NCBI RefSeq assembly: GCF_000281045.1
Contig: NW_008246096.1
Coordinates: 526,497 to 590,496 of the forward strand
DNA: 64,000 nt
Origin: Saprolegnia diclina VS20
Taxonomy: Eukaryota
Reading direction: 5' to 3'
Shown: in pieces, positions 22,796-34,700 of the stretch
Layout: each line of letters opens with the position of its first letter
How positions within the stretch are numbered: position 1 is the stretch's first letter
Translations under genes and position numbers: made by a program
Notes under the pieces: generated by a model
The model's database searches: none
The model's input: only the letters and a program-made list of their open reading frames with translations
What the model was told of the DNA's origin: nothing

Positions 22796-24904
22796 ATGAG
22801 CGGGTGCCAAGGGTGCTCGACGCGGCCGTGCCATGTCTGCCGCAAGTGTATCTTTCGTCATTGCCAGTGCGGCCTCAAACGCGCACCAGTCTGCGTCGAA
22901 TCACAGGCGTGTCAGTGCGTGACGCTCTCCCGTTGCCGGCGCTGCCATGGGTGCACAGGACGCGCCGCGAGCCATTGCCGCTGCGACGCACACGCCAAGC
23001 ACGAGTGCCTCTGCGAAGAGCTACGTGCGATGGAGACAGACGAGAGAGCTGACGAAGACGAAGCCGAACGGCAGCGCGTCAATTGGCGCCATGCGCTTCC
23101 GACCGTCGCGTCGCACTTGAGCGATCGGAGTGCCACCATGGACTCGCGGCTGTTGTACAAGATGGTGCTGCGCCCAGGTGCAGGCCCGCGCGAGATCCTA
23201 CCACCATCCGGCCGTCGCGGCACGCAGCAAGACACGTATCTTGCGTCCGTCGACCTCGACCCCACGACCGTCCCCCCGACCGTGGCGCTCCGCTCGCACG
23301 CCGATACGATCTTTGCGCGAGGCATGGACAATTTTCAGTACGCTAGCGCCCAGGAGGCGGCCATGCCGTCCGAAGATCTCGTCGATTACGTTGTGCACAC
23401 GGCGAGTCTCAAGGCCGTCGACGTCCCCGAGCTCTGGGGATCGCTCGACGCGTCCGCGGCCATCGTCGCGGCCATTGTCGCCGACGAGTACACGCGACAG
23501 CTCGTCGACGAATACGTGGCAGCAGACCAAACCTTTCCGTTAACGAGTCAGGACGCGCTCGTCGAGTGCATATACGAACTGCTCAATGGCGCCGAGGGCA
23601 GTCCAGATGCATGGGCCGACCTGGCGAGTGGCATCGAGTCGGAGGTGCGTGCCATCTTTGGAGACGACCAGCTCGCGCCGTACGATGTTCCGCAGCTCAT
23701 TGCCACCGCGATGCAGCCACTCAAAGACGCGTCGAGCACCGACGCCGACGACGCCGCCTGGGTAGCGTGGAAGGACGAGCGGGTGCGCGCTGGCCTCGAG
23801 GCGCTGCAAAATGGCGCCATCATGTCGCCCGACGGCATCCACGTCGATACGACCCGCCGGACGCCGTCGTACTGGTTCTGCGTCGCCGTGCCCCACGGGA
23901 AGACGACCGAGAGCCTCTCGTCGGCGCGGTACCCGAGCTACCGTCTCGCGTTTGAAACCAAGCTCGGCCTCGAGCAGCGCATTCGCCTTGTCGAAGACGC
24001 TCAACAGTTGGATGGATCGGCAAGGCCGCCGATGGCGCCAACGCCGACGCTGCCGAGCTCGACCGAGCACCCGTGGCCCGCTGTGCTAAGCCCCGTGCCC
24101 ATGCCATCGACCGCCGACGTCGACCCGTTCCCGCATGTCAAGCAAGTGCTCGCTAAAGTGGCGCTCACAAGGAGGCGCTTGACGCCTGACCAAGCCATGG
24201 CGATCGCCGCGCAGAAAGAACTCGCCCAGCGCAACGCGCGCGAGCAGCCCGATCCGTCACTGTACATACCTCAAACGCAGAATAAGCGCAAAGCAGCGCC
24301 AAAGCGACCCGCCCCCAAGCGGCCCAAACGACCCAAGCCGGTTGTAGCGTCGCCCAACGCGGAGGTGAACCAAGACAACGACGACGCAACGGCTGGCAGC
24401 GACGATGTCACCAATGCCACGGACAACCATGAACCAGACGACGGCGCTCACTTAGAGCAACCGAACACGGAAGCCGTCACTGTGAACACCGAGATACCAG
24501 CTGCGGTCCCAGACCTGGACGCGGCCGCGCGGCGAGAAGCACTGGCCGACGTAGCGAGCCCACAGAGCGATAGCACCGCGCCAAACACGTCTTCAGTGGT
24601 AGCTTTGCTCGTCTTACCAGACGCCAAAGAGCCCACCGATGTCGCGGCCATGGACAACGACAGCGACGATGACGACGAGGAAGACGACGATGCGACCGTC
24701 GAATTTTGGTGTCCCAAGTGCAGCAACGATGTGCTGCATCGGACCAAGGCGTCGCGGCGCTGCGAGTACTTTGTGCGATGGCGGATGCGGAAAATCCAAA
24801 ACGGTAGCGCGCCGCAACTGCTCACGACGATGCACGATTCGCCCGAGACCTTTTTGGCGATCGTCGAAGGCCTGCCGTCGGCGTCGGGCCTCATTTACAT
24901 CTAA
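22796..24904 (+). CDS. Hypothetical protein with N-terminal Cys/His-rich region and basic NLS-like segment
   Basis: About 700-codon ORF with coding-like bias, multiple CxxC motifs at the N-terminus, KRKAAPKRPAPKRPKRPK, and a C-terminal CPKC. Confidence 0.75.
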   Translation: MSGCQGCSTRPCHVCRKCIFRHCQCGLKRAPVCVESQACQCVTLSRCRRCHGCTGRAASHCRCDAHAKHECLCEELRAMETDERADEDEAERQRVNWRHALPTVASHLSDRSATMDSRLLYKMVLRPGAGPREILPPSGRRGTQQDTYLASVDLDPTTVPPTVALRSHADTIFARGMDNFQYASAQEAAMPSEDLVDYVVHTASLKAVDVPELWGSLDASAAIVAAIVADEYTRQLVDEYVAADQTFPLTSQDALVECIYELLNGAEGSPDAWADLASGIESEVRAIFGDDQLAPYDVPQLIATAMQPLKDASSTDADDAAWVAWKDERVRAGLEALQNGAIMSPDGIHVDTTRRTPSYWFCVAVPHGKTTESLSSARYPSYRLAFETKLGLEQRIRLVEDAQQLDGSARPPMAPTPTLPSSTEHPWPAVLSPVPMPSTADVDPFPHVKQVLAKVALTRRRLTPDQAMAIAAQKELAQRNAREQPDPSLYIPQTQNKRKAAPKRPAPKRPKRPKPVVASPNAEVNQDNDDATAGSDDVTNATDNHEPDDGAHLEQPNTEAVTVNTEIPAAVPDLDAAARREALADVASPQSDSTAPNTSSVVALLVLPDAKEPTDVAAMDNDSDDDDEEDDDATVEFWCPKCSNDVLHRTKASRRCEYFVRWRMRKIQNGSAPQLLTTMHDSPETFLAIVEGLPSASGLIYI

Positions 24905-25045
24905 TGACGAGCCAATACACGCTGTGGCAACAAAGCGAGGTGGAGACGTATGACGCAATAGGACGGACGTGCTGCTTAACGATCATCGCATGCATTGCTT
25001 CATCTTGTTCTTCCTGCCTCTATAGATACACACCGTCGCCCAAGT

Positions 25046-25339
25046 TTACTGGCCCGTCTTCTTGCGCTGGAAGATCTGGTGGATGATCGTGCCGAGCTCG
25101 CGGTTGACGTGGCGGATGTCCGACTCGGCCTTCTTGCGAATGCGGCGCTGCCACTTCTTCTCGTGGAACTGGCGCTGGTTGAGCTCCTTGAAGATGCCAT
25201 CCTCTTCCTGGATCGAGTTCATCTCGCGCAGGACGCGGGCGACGCCCTTGCCTTCCACGTTGAACCACAGGCTGCGGGTCTGCATCTTCATGAGGGACGG
25301 CGCGACGCGGCCGACCACGCTCTTGGCTCCGATGTTCAT
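25046..25339 (-). CDS. MRPS21: Mitochondrial ribosomal protein S21 (bS21m)
   Basis: VARVLREMNSIQEEDGIFKELNQRQFHEKKWQRRIR matches the bS21 pattern. Short presequence-like N-terminus. Confidence 0.75.
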   Translation of the reverse strand: MNIGAKSVVGRVAPSLMKMQTRSLWFNVEGKGVARVLREMNSIQEEDGIFKELNQRQFHEKKWQRRIRKKAESDIRHVNRELGTIIHQIFQRKKTGQ

Positions 25340-25769
25340 GCTGCGCGAGGTTTGTTTTCCACCAGTGAACTGCCTTCGCCGCGCGATGGTCATCCGGATA
25401 GAATGCCATTTTGTACGGATAACACCGCGCGGCGCGTGCCACTGCACCGAGTGTGCCGAATTTAAAGCCATGCGTGCAGTCACAGTAGCCGACGCACGGT
25501 CTCGCCTTACGTCCGATTGCTGCTCGGCATTCCAAGCCTGTACACACAGACCATGACGCTCGGATTCAATTACCCTTTGTCGCCGCCATATCGGTATTCA
25601 ATACACGCGGGATGAACTACAATGTGGCAGATGCCACGGAAGGATGCCACACTTGGCGGGTCGCGTATCCGGATGAAACGGCGGTCGAGGGTTGAAGCGT
25701 CGCGACGGTTGGTGCGATCTACGTCATTTCGCCGGCCGAACCCAAGCCCGAAGACGACGAAGACGGGGC

Positions 25770-28700
25770 ATGGCCGACGCGGCTCCAGGAGAGGGCGGCA
25801 ACAACAAGAAGGAGGTCCAGCCGGCCAAGTTCATCGAGGCCCGGGTCGCGACGGCCTTTGGCGGCGGCCCCAAGTTCCTCGCCAAGTACGCGACCGAGCC
25901 CAACGAGTATGCTGCTTCCTCGACCTTCGCCATCTCATCCGCGCATTAGGATCTGCATCAAGGAGTTCATCGAGAATGAGGACCTCACGTGCCTCCTCTT
26001 CTCGGGCGACAATGTGATTGCGTCGACCAAGATGCCAGCGACGCTGCCGCGCGGCAAGACGATCGCGTTTGCCAAGATGCACAAGTGCGTTCTCTCAGGG
26101 AAGAACATCTTGACAGACGTGCTCGTGAGTGAGTTGGGCACAAGCTCGATCGAGCACTTGGAGAAGCTCGTCTCGGAAGTCTACCTCCCGCTCTTCTCCA
26201 ACCCGAGCAACCAAGAGGGCTGGGGCGAGGTCGCGTCCAAAGAAGTCGTCGACAAGTTCCACTCGTACATGGCGACTGTCTCGATCATTGCGGGCGCGAC
26301 CAAGGGCGAGACGTGCCTCCCGCTACCGCCCGTCGATGGGAACGCAGCCAATCTCAAGAACAAGATCTCGCTCCTCGAAGGCTCGATCGTGACGTGGACC
26401 AAGCAGATCAAGAACGTCCTCAAGCAAGACCCGGAAGAGCTCTTGAAGCAAGGCATGAACCCGACGCCGGACGCCGAAATTGAGTTTTGGAAGCTCAAGG
26501 CCGCGAATCTCAACTCGATTTTTGAGCAGCTCCAGAGCAAGCGCGTGCGCAAGATTTTGACGGCGCTCGACCGGTCCAAGAGCACGTACTGCACCCCGTT
26601 CGCGCGGCTCTGCAAGGAGGTGTTCACCGCGCGCATTGAGGCCAACGACAACACCAAGTACCTCCGGACGCTCGAGGAGTGGTTCCATCACCTCAACAAC
26701 GACGACGACTTTCTCAACTTGACCGAGCTCTTCAAGCCGATGCTGCACATCATTTTGCTAATTTGGAAAAACTCCAAGCACTACAACACACCGGCGCGGC
26801 TCGTTGTGCTCATTCGCGAGATCTGCAACTCGCTCATCAACCAAGCGCGCGTGTACCTGAGCGGCGAGATGATCTTCGGCCTCATCGACCAAGACTTGGC
26901 GGGCCAGGCCGTCGAGCAGCTCAAGACGACGCTGCAAGTGTGCTCGACGTTCAAAAGCACGTACTTTGACTACAAGGCGACCGCGAACGCCGAGTGTCCC
27001 TCGAACCCGTGGCGCATCCAGAACAACGCGCTCTTTGTGCGGCTGGACTCGTTTCTCGAGCGCTGCCACGACATTCTCGACTTGACGCAGACAATCGTGC
27101 AGTTTACAAAGCTCTCCAAGATGGAGGTCGGCGGTACAAAAGGCAAGACGCTGACCATGAGCGTCCAGCAGATCCACCACGACTTTACCGAGGCCGTCAA
27201 CACGTTCAAGCGTGTCTCGAGTGACATCATGGACGTGGGGGCGACGAAGTTCGACGACAATTTTTACGAGTTTCGGTGCAAAATCAAGGAGCTCGAGCGC
27301 CGCCTCGGGTCGGTGCTCACCCAGGGCTTTGACGACTGCTCGACGGTCTTTGGTCGCTTCAAGCTCCTCGACTCGTTTGAAGGGCTTCTGAACCGACCGA
27401 TTATCCAAGATGAGCTCGAGAAGAAGCACGTGGCGCTCGTCCAGGCGTACGGAATGGACCTCAAGCACGTACAGGAGCTCTTTTTGCACAGCCGGGACGC
27501 GCCACCGATTTCGTGGAACTTGCCGCCGATTGCCGGCGCGCTCACATGGTGCCGCGGCCTCATCGAACGCATCGAGCACCCGATGAAGAAACTCAAGGAG
27601 CTCAACCACAACGTCATGGACCGCGAAGAAGCCAAAGAAGTCTACAAGGTCTACGGCACCGTCCTCGCGTCGCTCCAAGAGTACGAGAACCAAAAGGTGG
27701 AAGAGTGGAGTCGGGACGTTGAGGCGTCGTCGCAGGCCAAGCTCAAGCTCCCGATCCTCGTGCGCAACCCCCACACGCGCATCCTTCGCGTCAATTTCGA
27801 CCCGGCGCTCGAGAAGCTTTTGCGGGAAGTCAAGTACCTCCGGTGCCTCGGCTTGGACGTGCCGCAGTCGGCGCTCTCGATCTCGCAAAAGGAGGAGACG
27901 TTCCGCAAGTACCGCGGCGACCTCATGTACATTGTCGAGCCATACAACTCGATGATCGAGGGCTTACACGCCGTCGAAGAGCCGTTGGTGCGCAAACACA
28001 TTACCAACATTGACGCGAGCGTCGGGCGCGGCATCGAAGATCTCAACTGGAAGAGCAACGGCATCGAGACGTTCATCGAAGACTGCCGCCGCTCCGTCGA
28101 AAGTGCCAACGAGGTGGTTACGAACCTCAAGGAGAGCCTCAGTACGATCGAGCTGACGCTCACAAGCTGGAACCAGCCGCTTCTCGAGCGCCAAGCCAAG
28201 CCGATCGCCGCCAACGAGCACGAGCGGTTGCACAAGAGCTCGATTGCGCAGCGCACGCTCAAGATCCGCGAAGGCGCGGCAGAGATCCACAAGCGACTCA
28301 AGGCATCAAATGCGGGTATTGTGGGCGTCAACTCGGCGCACTGGAAGGCATATGTCGACTACGTCAACAACATTGTCGTCGGCGGCGTCGCCAAAGTCAT
28401 TTGCTCGAGCTTGGAGTTTTTGGCCAAGCAGCTCGAACCGAATCAGACGCCCGCGACGCAGATTGTGAAAGAAGATGAGAAGAAGGGCGCGAAAGAAGGC
28501 AAGGACAGCAAGGACAGCACTGCGTCGCGGCTCCCGATGCTCGAGATCAAGCTCGACTTGATTTCAAACCGCGTCCAGTTCAACCCGTGTCTGACGGAGA
28601 ACAACGGCAAGGGTCTCCGCGACACGATTCAAATGTGGATCAACTCGTTCTTCAACGTCGCGACCGCCGTGAAGCGCCTCGACTCGGACGGCGGCGGCAC

Positions 28701-31700
28701 GTACCTCAAGGAGATGCACTCGGACATGAACATTTGCATGCAGCTCGCGATCATTTCCGAGTACCTCACCGAGAATGAGAACCAGCTCAACGCGTTCAAG
28801 AAGAAGTACGACAACTACGCGTACCTCTGGGAGTCGAGCATGGACGACGTGTTTGCGGCGTTCCTCGAAGGCGCGCAGTACGTCTCGGCGCATGGCGCGA
28901 CGATGCTCAACCTCGAAAAGTTCAACGAAGAAATCACCAAGTACTCGCGCGTCGCCAACGAGATTGCAAACCTCGCGACGCCGACCGACGTGGGCTGGCT
29001 GCGCGTCAACTCGCAGCCGATCAAAACCGCCATGGTCACGTGGGTGAGCAAGTGGGTCTACCAGTACACGACGTACCTCTACAAGCACGTCGTGACGAAG
29101 CTCAGCTCGCTGCACAAGTTTATGGAGGTTGTGCTCAAGGGCCTCGAGGAGGAAGTCGTCGATAAGAACAAGGAGGCGCTCATGCGCGTCATGACGCACA
29201 TTCGCGACGTGCGCAAGCAGATCGACGCGACCAACGAGATGTTTGACCCGCTCCGGCAAGCAGTGCACCTTCTCAAGACCCACGGCGTCAACATTGACGA
29301 CACCAAGATCGCGGACCAGACGATCCAAGACTACCTCGAGGCTGCGCCATTGCAGTGGGAAGGCATTGTCAACAAGACGTTCAAGAAGAAGGAGGAGATC
29401 ATGCCGCTCCAGATCTCCGAGTGCGACAGCATCAAGGTCGCGCTCGACGAGTTTTACAAGGACATGCGCAAGTTCCGCAACGATTTTCGCGCGAACGCGC
29501 CGTTTACGTTTGCGGGTCAGCCCGAAGAGGCGTACAAGATGGTGGACGACTACGCCGTGCGCCTCGCCGAGCGTATCAAGCAAGCCAAGCAGTTCAACGA
29601 GCTGGAGGAGCTCTTTGAGCTCCAAGTGTCCAAGTACCAAGAGACGACCGACACGCTGTATGAGCTCCAGCAGCTCAAAAAGGTCTGGGACATGAAGGAC
29701 ATGGTGCTGCACACGTTCTCCGAGTGGAAGAAGGCGCTGTGGGTCAAGATCGACACCGAGTCGATGGAAGCGTACACGCGCAACGTCACAAAGCAGATGA
29801 AGGCCGAGAGCAACGAGAACCAAATCATCAAGCAGTGGCAGACGTACAAGGACACGGAGCAAATGGTCAAGAACATGGCGACGATTCTGCCGCTCATCAA
29901 CGATTTGCACTCGGAAGCGATGCAAGATCGGCACTGGAAAGCGCTCTCGTCGCTCTGCAAGGTCAAGGCGATTGACCCCAAGGACCCAAAGTTCAGCTTT
30001 GCCGACTTGCTCAAGCTCGAGCTGCATTTGCACGTCGACGACGTCGGGGAGATTGTCGAGACGGCCAACAAGGAGCAAAAGATCGAGAAGAAACTCACGC
30101 TCATCGAAGACCTCTGGCGCCGCCTCACGCTCGACTACGTGCCGCACAAGGACTCGGGCACGTTTGTCATCAAGCCGTCCGAAGAGGTGGTCGAAAGCCT
30201 CGAGAGCAACCAGCTCGAGCTGCAGACGATGGTGGGCATGGGCAAATTCGTCGACTTCTTCAAAGACCGCGTCTTGACGAGCCAGAAGAGCCTCGGCCAC
30301 GTCGAAGAAGTCTTGAAGGAGTGGGTGAGCGTCTCCAAGCAGTGGGCGTCACTCGAAAGCATCTTCTTGAGCTCGCCTGATATCCGCAACCAGCTCCCAG
30401 ACGACACGCGGACGTTCGAGTCGATCGACTCAAACTTCAAGGACCTCATGAAGAATGCGATTCTCGAACCCAACGTCGTGAACGCGTGCTCGGTCGAGAA
30501 CCGGCTCGAGAGCTTAAAGGAGATGACGGCGATGCTCGAGAAGTGCCAAAAGTCGCTCAACGAGTACCTCGACAAGAAGAAGAAGATCTACCCGCGCTTC
30601 TACTTTGTGTCCAACGTTGCGCTCCTCGACATTTTATCCAACGGCAACAACCCCAAGAAGATCATGCCGTTCTTGGGCGACTGCTACGACTCGCTCAACA
30701 ACCTCATCTTTGAGGATGGCAGCCAAAACACGGCCCATACAATGATCGCCAAGGACAAGGAGCACGTCAAACTGCCCAAGATCTTTGTCATGGCGGGTGC
30801 CGTCGAGAGCTGGCTCAACGAACTCACGGAAGCCATGCGCTACTGCATCAAGAAGGAAATGCACGATTCGATCGAGACGGCGGCCAATTGGGACGTCGAG
30901 AAGCCCCGGCACCTCTGGCTTTTCGACTACTCGGCTCAAGTCGTGCTCAACTCGACGCAAATTTACTGGACGGAAGAAACCGAGATGGCGCTCGAAGAGT
31001 TTGAGAACGGCCAAGAAGACTCGGTGAAGCGGTACCTCGCCCTGTGCAACCAGCGCCTGGAACAGCTCATCAATTTGGTGCTGGGCGAGCTCACGAAAAG
31101 CGATCGGTGCAAGATCATTGCACTCATTACGCTCGACGTGCACTCGCGCGACGTGGTGAAAAAGCTCGTGGATGAAAAAGTCGAGGGGCCGCTGAGTTTC
31201 CTCTGGCAGCAGCAACTGCGCTTCATTTGGCGCCAAGAGACCATGGACGTCGACATTCGCATCACCGACTTCCGCTCGAAATACTCGTACGAGTGGATTG
31301 GGAACACGGGTCGCCTCGTCATTACACCGCTCACGGATCGGTGCTACATTACGTTGACGATGGCGCTGCGGCTCTTCCTCGGGGGGGCGCCCGCGGGCCC
31401 CGCCGGGACGGGCAAAACGGAGACGACAAAGGATCTCGCGCGCGCCATGGCGCTCTGCTGCTACGTCTTCAACTGCTCAGACCAGATGAACTACCAAACA
31501 ATGGCCGACATCTTTCGGGGTCTATGTCAAACGGGCACGTGGGGCTGCTTTGACGAGTTCAACCGCATCAACATTGAAGTGCTCTCCGTCGTCGCGACCC
31601 AAGTCAAGTGCGTGCAGGACGCGATCGTTCTCAACGCCGTACCCGCGAACCGTGAAGAAAAGTACCGGCACATTGCCGCGGGGACGCCGCCCGTCGTCGT

Positions 31701-34700
31701 CGGCGAGTTTGAGTTTATGGGCGCGTCCGACCGCATTACGCTCATTCCTACGTGCGGCTTCTTCATCACGATGAACCCGGGGTACGCCGGCCGCACCGAG
31801 CTGCCCGAGAACCTCAAGGTGCTCTTCCGGTCGTGCGCCATGATTCGCCCCGATCTGCGCCCGATTTGCGAAAACATGCTCATGTCGGAAGGCTTTCAGC
31901 AAGCGCGGACGCTCGCAATCAAGTTTGTGACACTCTACCAGCTCAGTTCCGAACTTCTCTCCAAGCAGTTTCACTACGATTGGGGGCTTCGCGCAGTCAA
32001 GTCGGTCTTGCGTGTCGCCGGTATCCTCAAGCGTGCCGAGCCCGAGGTCGAAGAAGACAAGGTGCTCATGCGCGCACTCCGTGATTTCAACACGCCCAAG
32101 ATTCCGCAGCTCGACACGCCGATTTTCCTGCGTCTTATCAACGATCTCTTTATCGGCGTCGAAGTCAACCCGAAAGTGAACCTCGAGCTCCGTGACAAGA
32201 CGGTCGTTGTCTGCAAGGCCAACAACCTCCAGCACGACGAGTCGTTCATTCTCAAAGTCTGCCAGCTCCAAGAACTCATTGACGTCCGGCACTCGGTGAT
32301 GCTTCTCGGCAGCGCGGGCTCGGCGAAAACAACGACTTGGCAAACGCTTGCCAAGTGCTGGAACCTCAACAAGGAAAAGAAGGTCTGCGTCTACGAGACG
32401 CTCAACCCAAAGGCCGTCACGTCCGACGAGCTCTACGGCTACATGACGCTCTCGAAAGACTGGAAGGACGGTGTCATCTCGATCATCATGCGCGGTATGT
32501 CGAAAAACTACGCCGAGCAAGGGTTTTACGAGAGCCAAATGTACAAGTGGGTCGTCCTCGACGGCGACATTGATGCCGTCTGGATCGAGAGCATGAACAC
32601 AGTCATGGACGACAACAAGGTGCTCACGCTCGTCTCGAACGAGCGCATTCCGCTCTCGGAGGCGATGCGCATGTTTTTCGAGATCAACTCGCTCAAGAAC
32701 GCGACGCCCGCGACCGTCTCCCGCGCCGGTATCCTCTTCATCAACGAGTACGACATTGGGTGGCGGCCGTTCATGGAGTCGTGGGTCGCCCGGCGCGACG
32801 AAGAGATCGAGCGCACGTACCTCCCGGGCATGTTTGACAAGTACATTGAGGCGACGCTCGAGATGACACGCAAAGGCTTCAAGCAAGTGTCGTCGGTCCG
32901 TATCATCAACCAAGTGAGCACGATCTGCTACCTCCTCGAAGGCCTCTTTGCGGAAATCCCGGCCGAGAAGAAGACGCAAGAGGTCATCGAGTGCATCTTT
33001 GTGTTTTGCGCGACGTGGGCGTTTGGCGGTCCGTTCATCGTCGACAAGAGCGTCGACTACCGCAAGAACTTTAACGAGCTCTGGAACGCGACGTTCACTG
33101 CGGTCAAGTACCCGAAAGAAGGCACGTGCTTCGACTACTTTTACAACATTGAGACCAACGAGTTTGAGCACTGGAGCAGCCGCGTACCCAAGTATGCGCC
33201 GACGCCGATCGGCAACGCAATCTCGGACACGCCGTTCTCGACGATCGTCATCAGCACCATCGACTCGGTGCGGCTCACGCGCCTCGTGGAGATTCTCGTC
33301 AACCGGCAGCGACCCGTGCTGCTTGTGGGCGGCGCCGGCACGGGCAAGACCACGATTCTCAAGACGTTTTGCCGCAGCCTCGACGAAGACATGCTGCACG
33401 CGTGCATCAACATGAACTACTACACGGACTCGTTCAAGCTCCAGCAACAGCTCGAGCAAGTGATCGACAAGCGGTCGGGGCGCATGTTTGGTCCGCCCGC
33501 GACCAAGAAGCTCATCTACTTTATCGACGATCTCAACTTGCCGTACATTGAGACGTACGGTACGCAGAACGCACTGGCGCTTATGCGCCAGCACATGGAC
33601 TACCGCACGATCTTTGACCGGATCGACCTCGGGTTCCGAAAGGAGATTGTTGACGTCCAGTACCTCTCGGCGATGAACCCGACGGCCGGGTCGTTCATCA
33701 TCGACGAGCGTCTCCAGCGCCATTACGCGCTCTTTGCGTGCATGATGCCGAGCAAGGAAGACCTCAAGACGATCTACAATTCAATTCTCAAGGGGCATCT
33801 CGGCTTTGGCTTTTCAAACGCTGTCGTGAACGCGAGCGAGGTCTTTGTCGCGCTGAGTATTGCGGCCCACGAAGACATTGCCAACAAGTTTTTGCCGTCC
33901 GCGACCAAGTTTGTCTACAACTGGAACATGCGCGAGCTCAGCAACGTCGTGCAAGGCCTCACGCGGTCAAAAGGCGACTTTTACCCGACCGTCGAGTCGT
34001 TTGCGCGCCTTTGGATCCACGAAACCACGCGCGTCTTTTGCGATCGCATGATCAACAACGAAGACGTCGACAAGTTTACCGATCGGATGCGCGAAATCTC
34101 CAAGAAATTTCTGCCCGATGTCGACCAAGAAAAACTCTTCCCCAAGCCGTCCACTGGCGAAGACGAAGAGCCCGGCACGATTGTCAATATCTACACGACG
34201 TTTGCGGTGCCAGTCGCCGGCGCCGACTCGGTGTATTTGCCTGTCGCGGGCATGAAGCAGCTCAACAAGGTACTCACGGACCAGCTCGACGACTACAACT
34301 CCAAGTACTCGATGATGAACCTCGAGCTTTTCGGAAACGCGATGGAGCACGTGACGCGCATCTGCCGCATCATTGGCAACCCCGGCGGTAACGCCATGCT
34401 CATCGGTGTCGGCGGGTCCGGGAAGCAGTCGCTCTCGCGCCTCGCGTCGCACATTTGCGGCTTTGACGTGCGCCAGCTCAGCGTCACGAGCAACTTCAAG
34501 ATTGACGATTTGAAAGAAAGCCTTCAAGAGATGTTCAAGACGTCGGGCGTCCAAGGCATTCCGCTCGTGTTTTTGATCACAGACTCGCAAATTGTCAACG
34601 AGCGCTTCCTCGTCTTCATCAACGACATGCTGAGCTCGGGCTGGATCCCCGATTTGTTTGCAAAAGAAGACGTCGACGTGCTCTTGGCCGGTCTCCGAAA

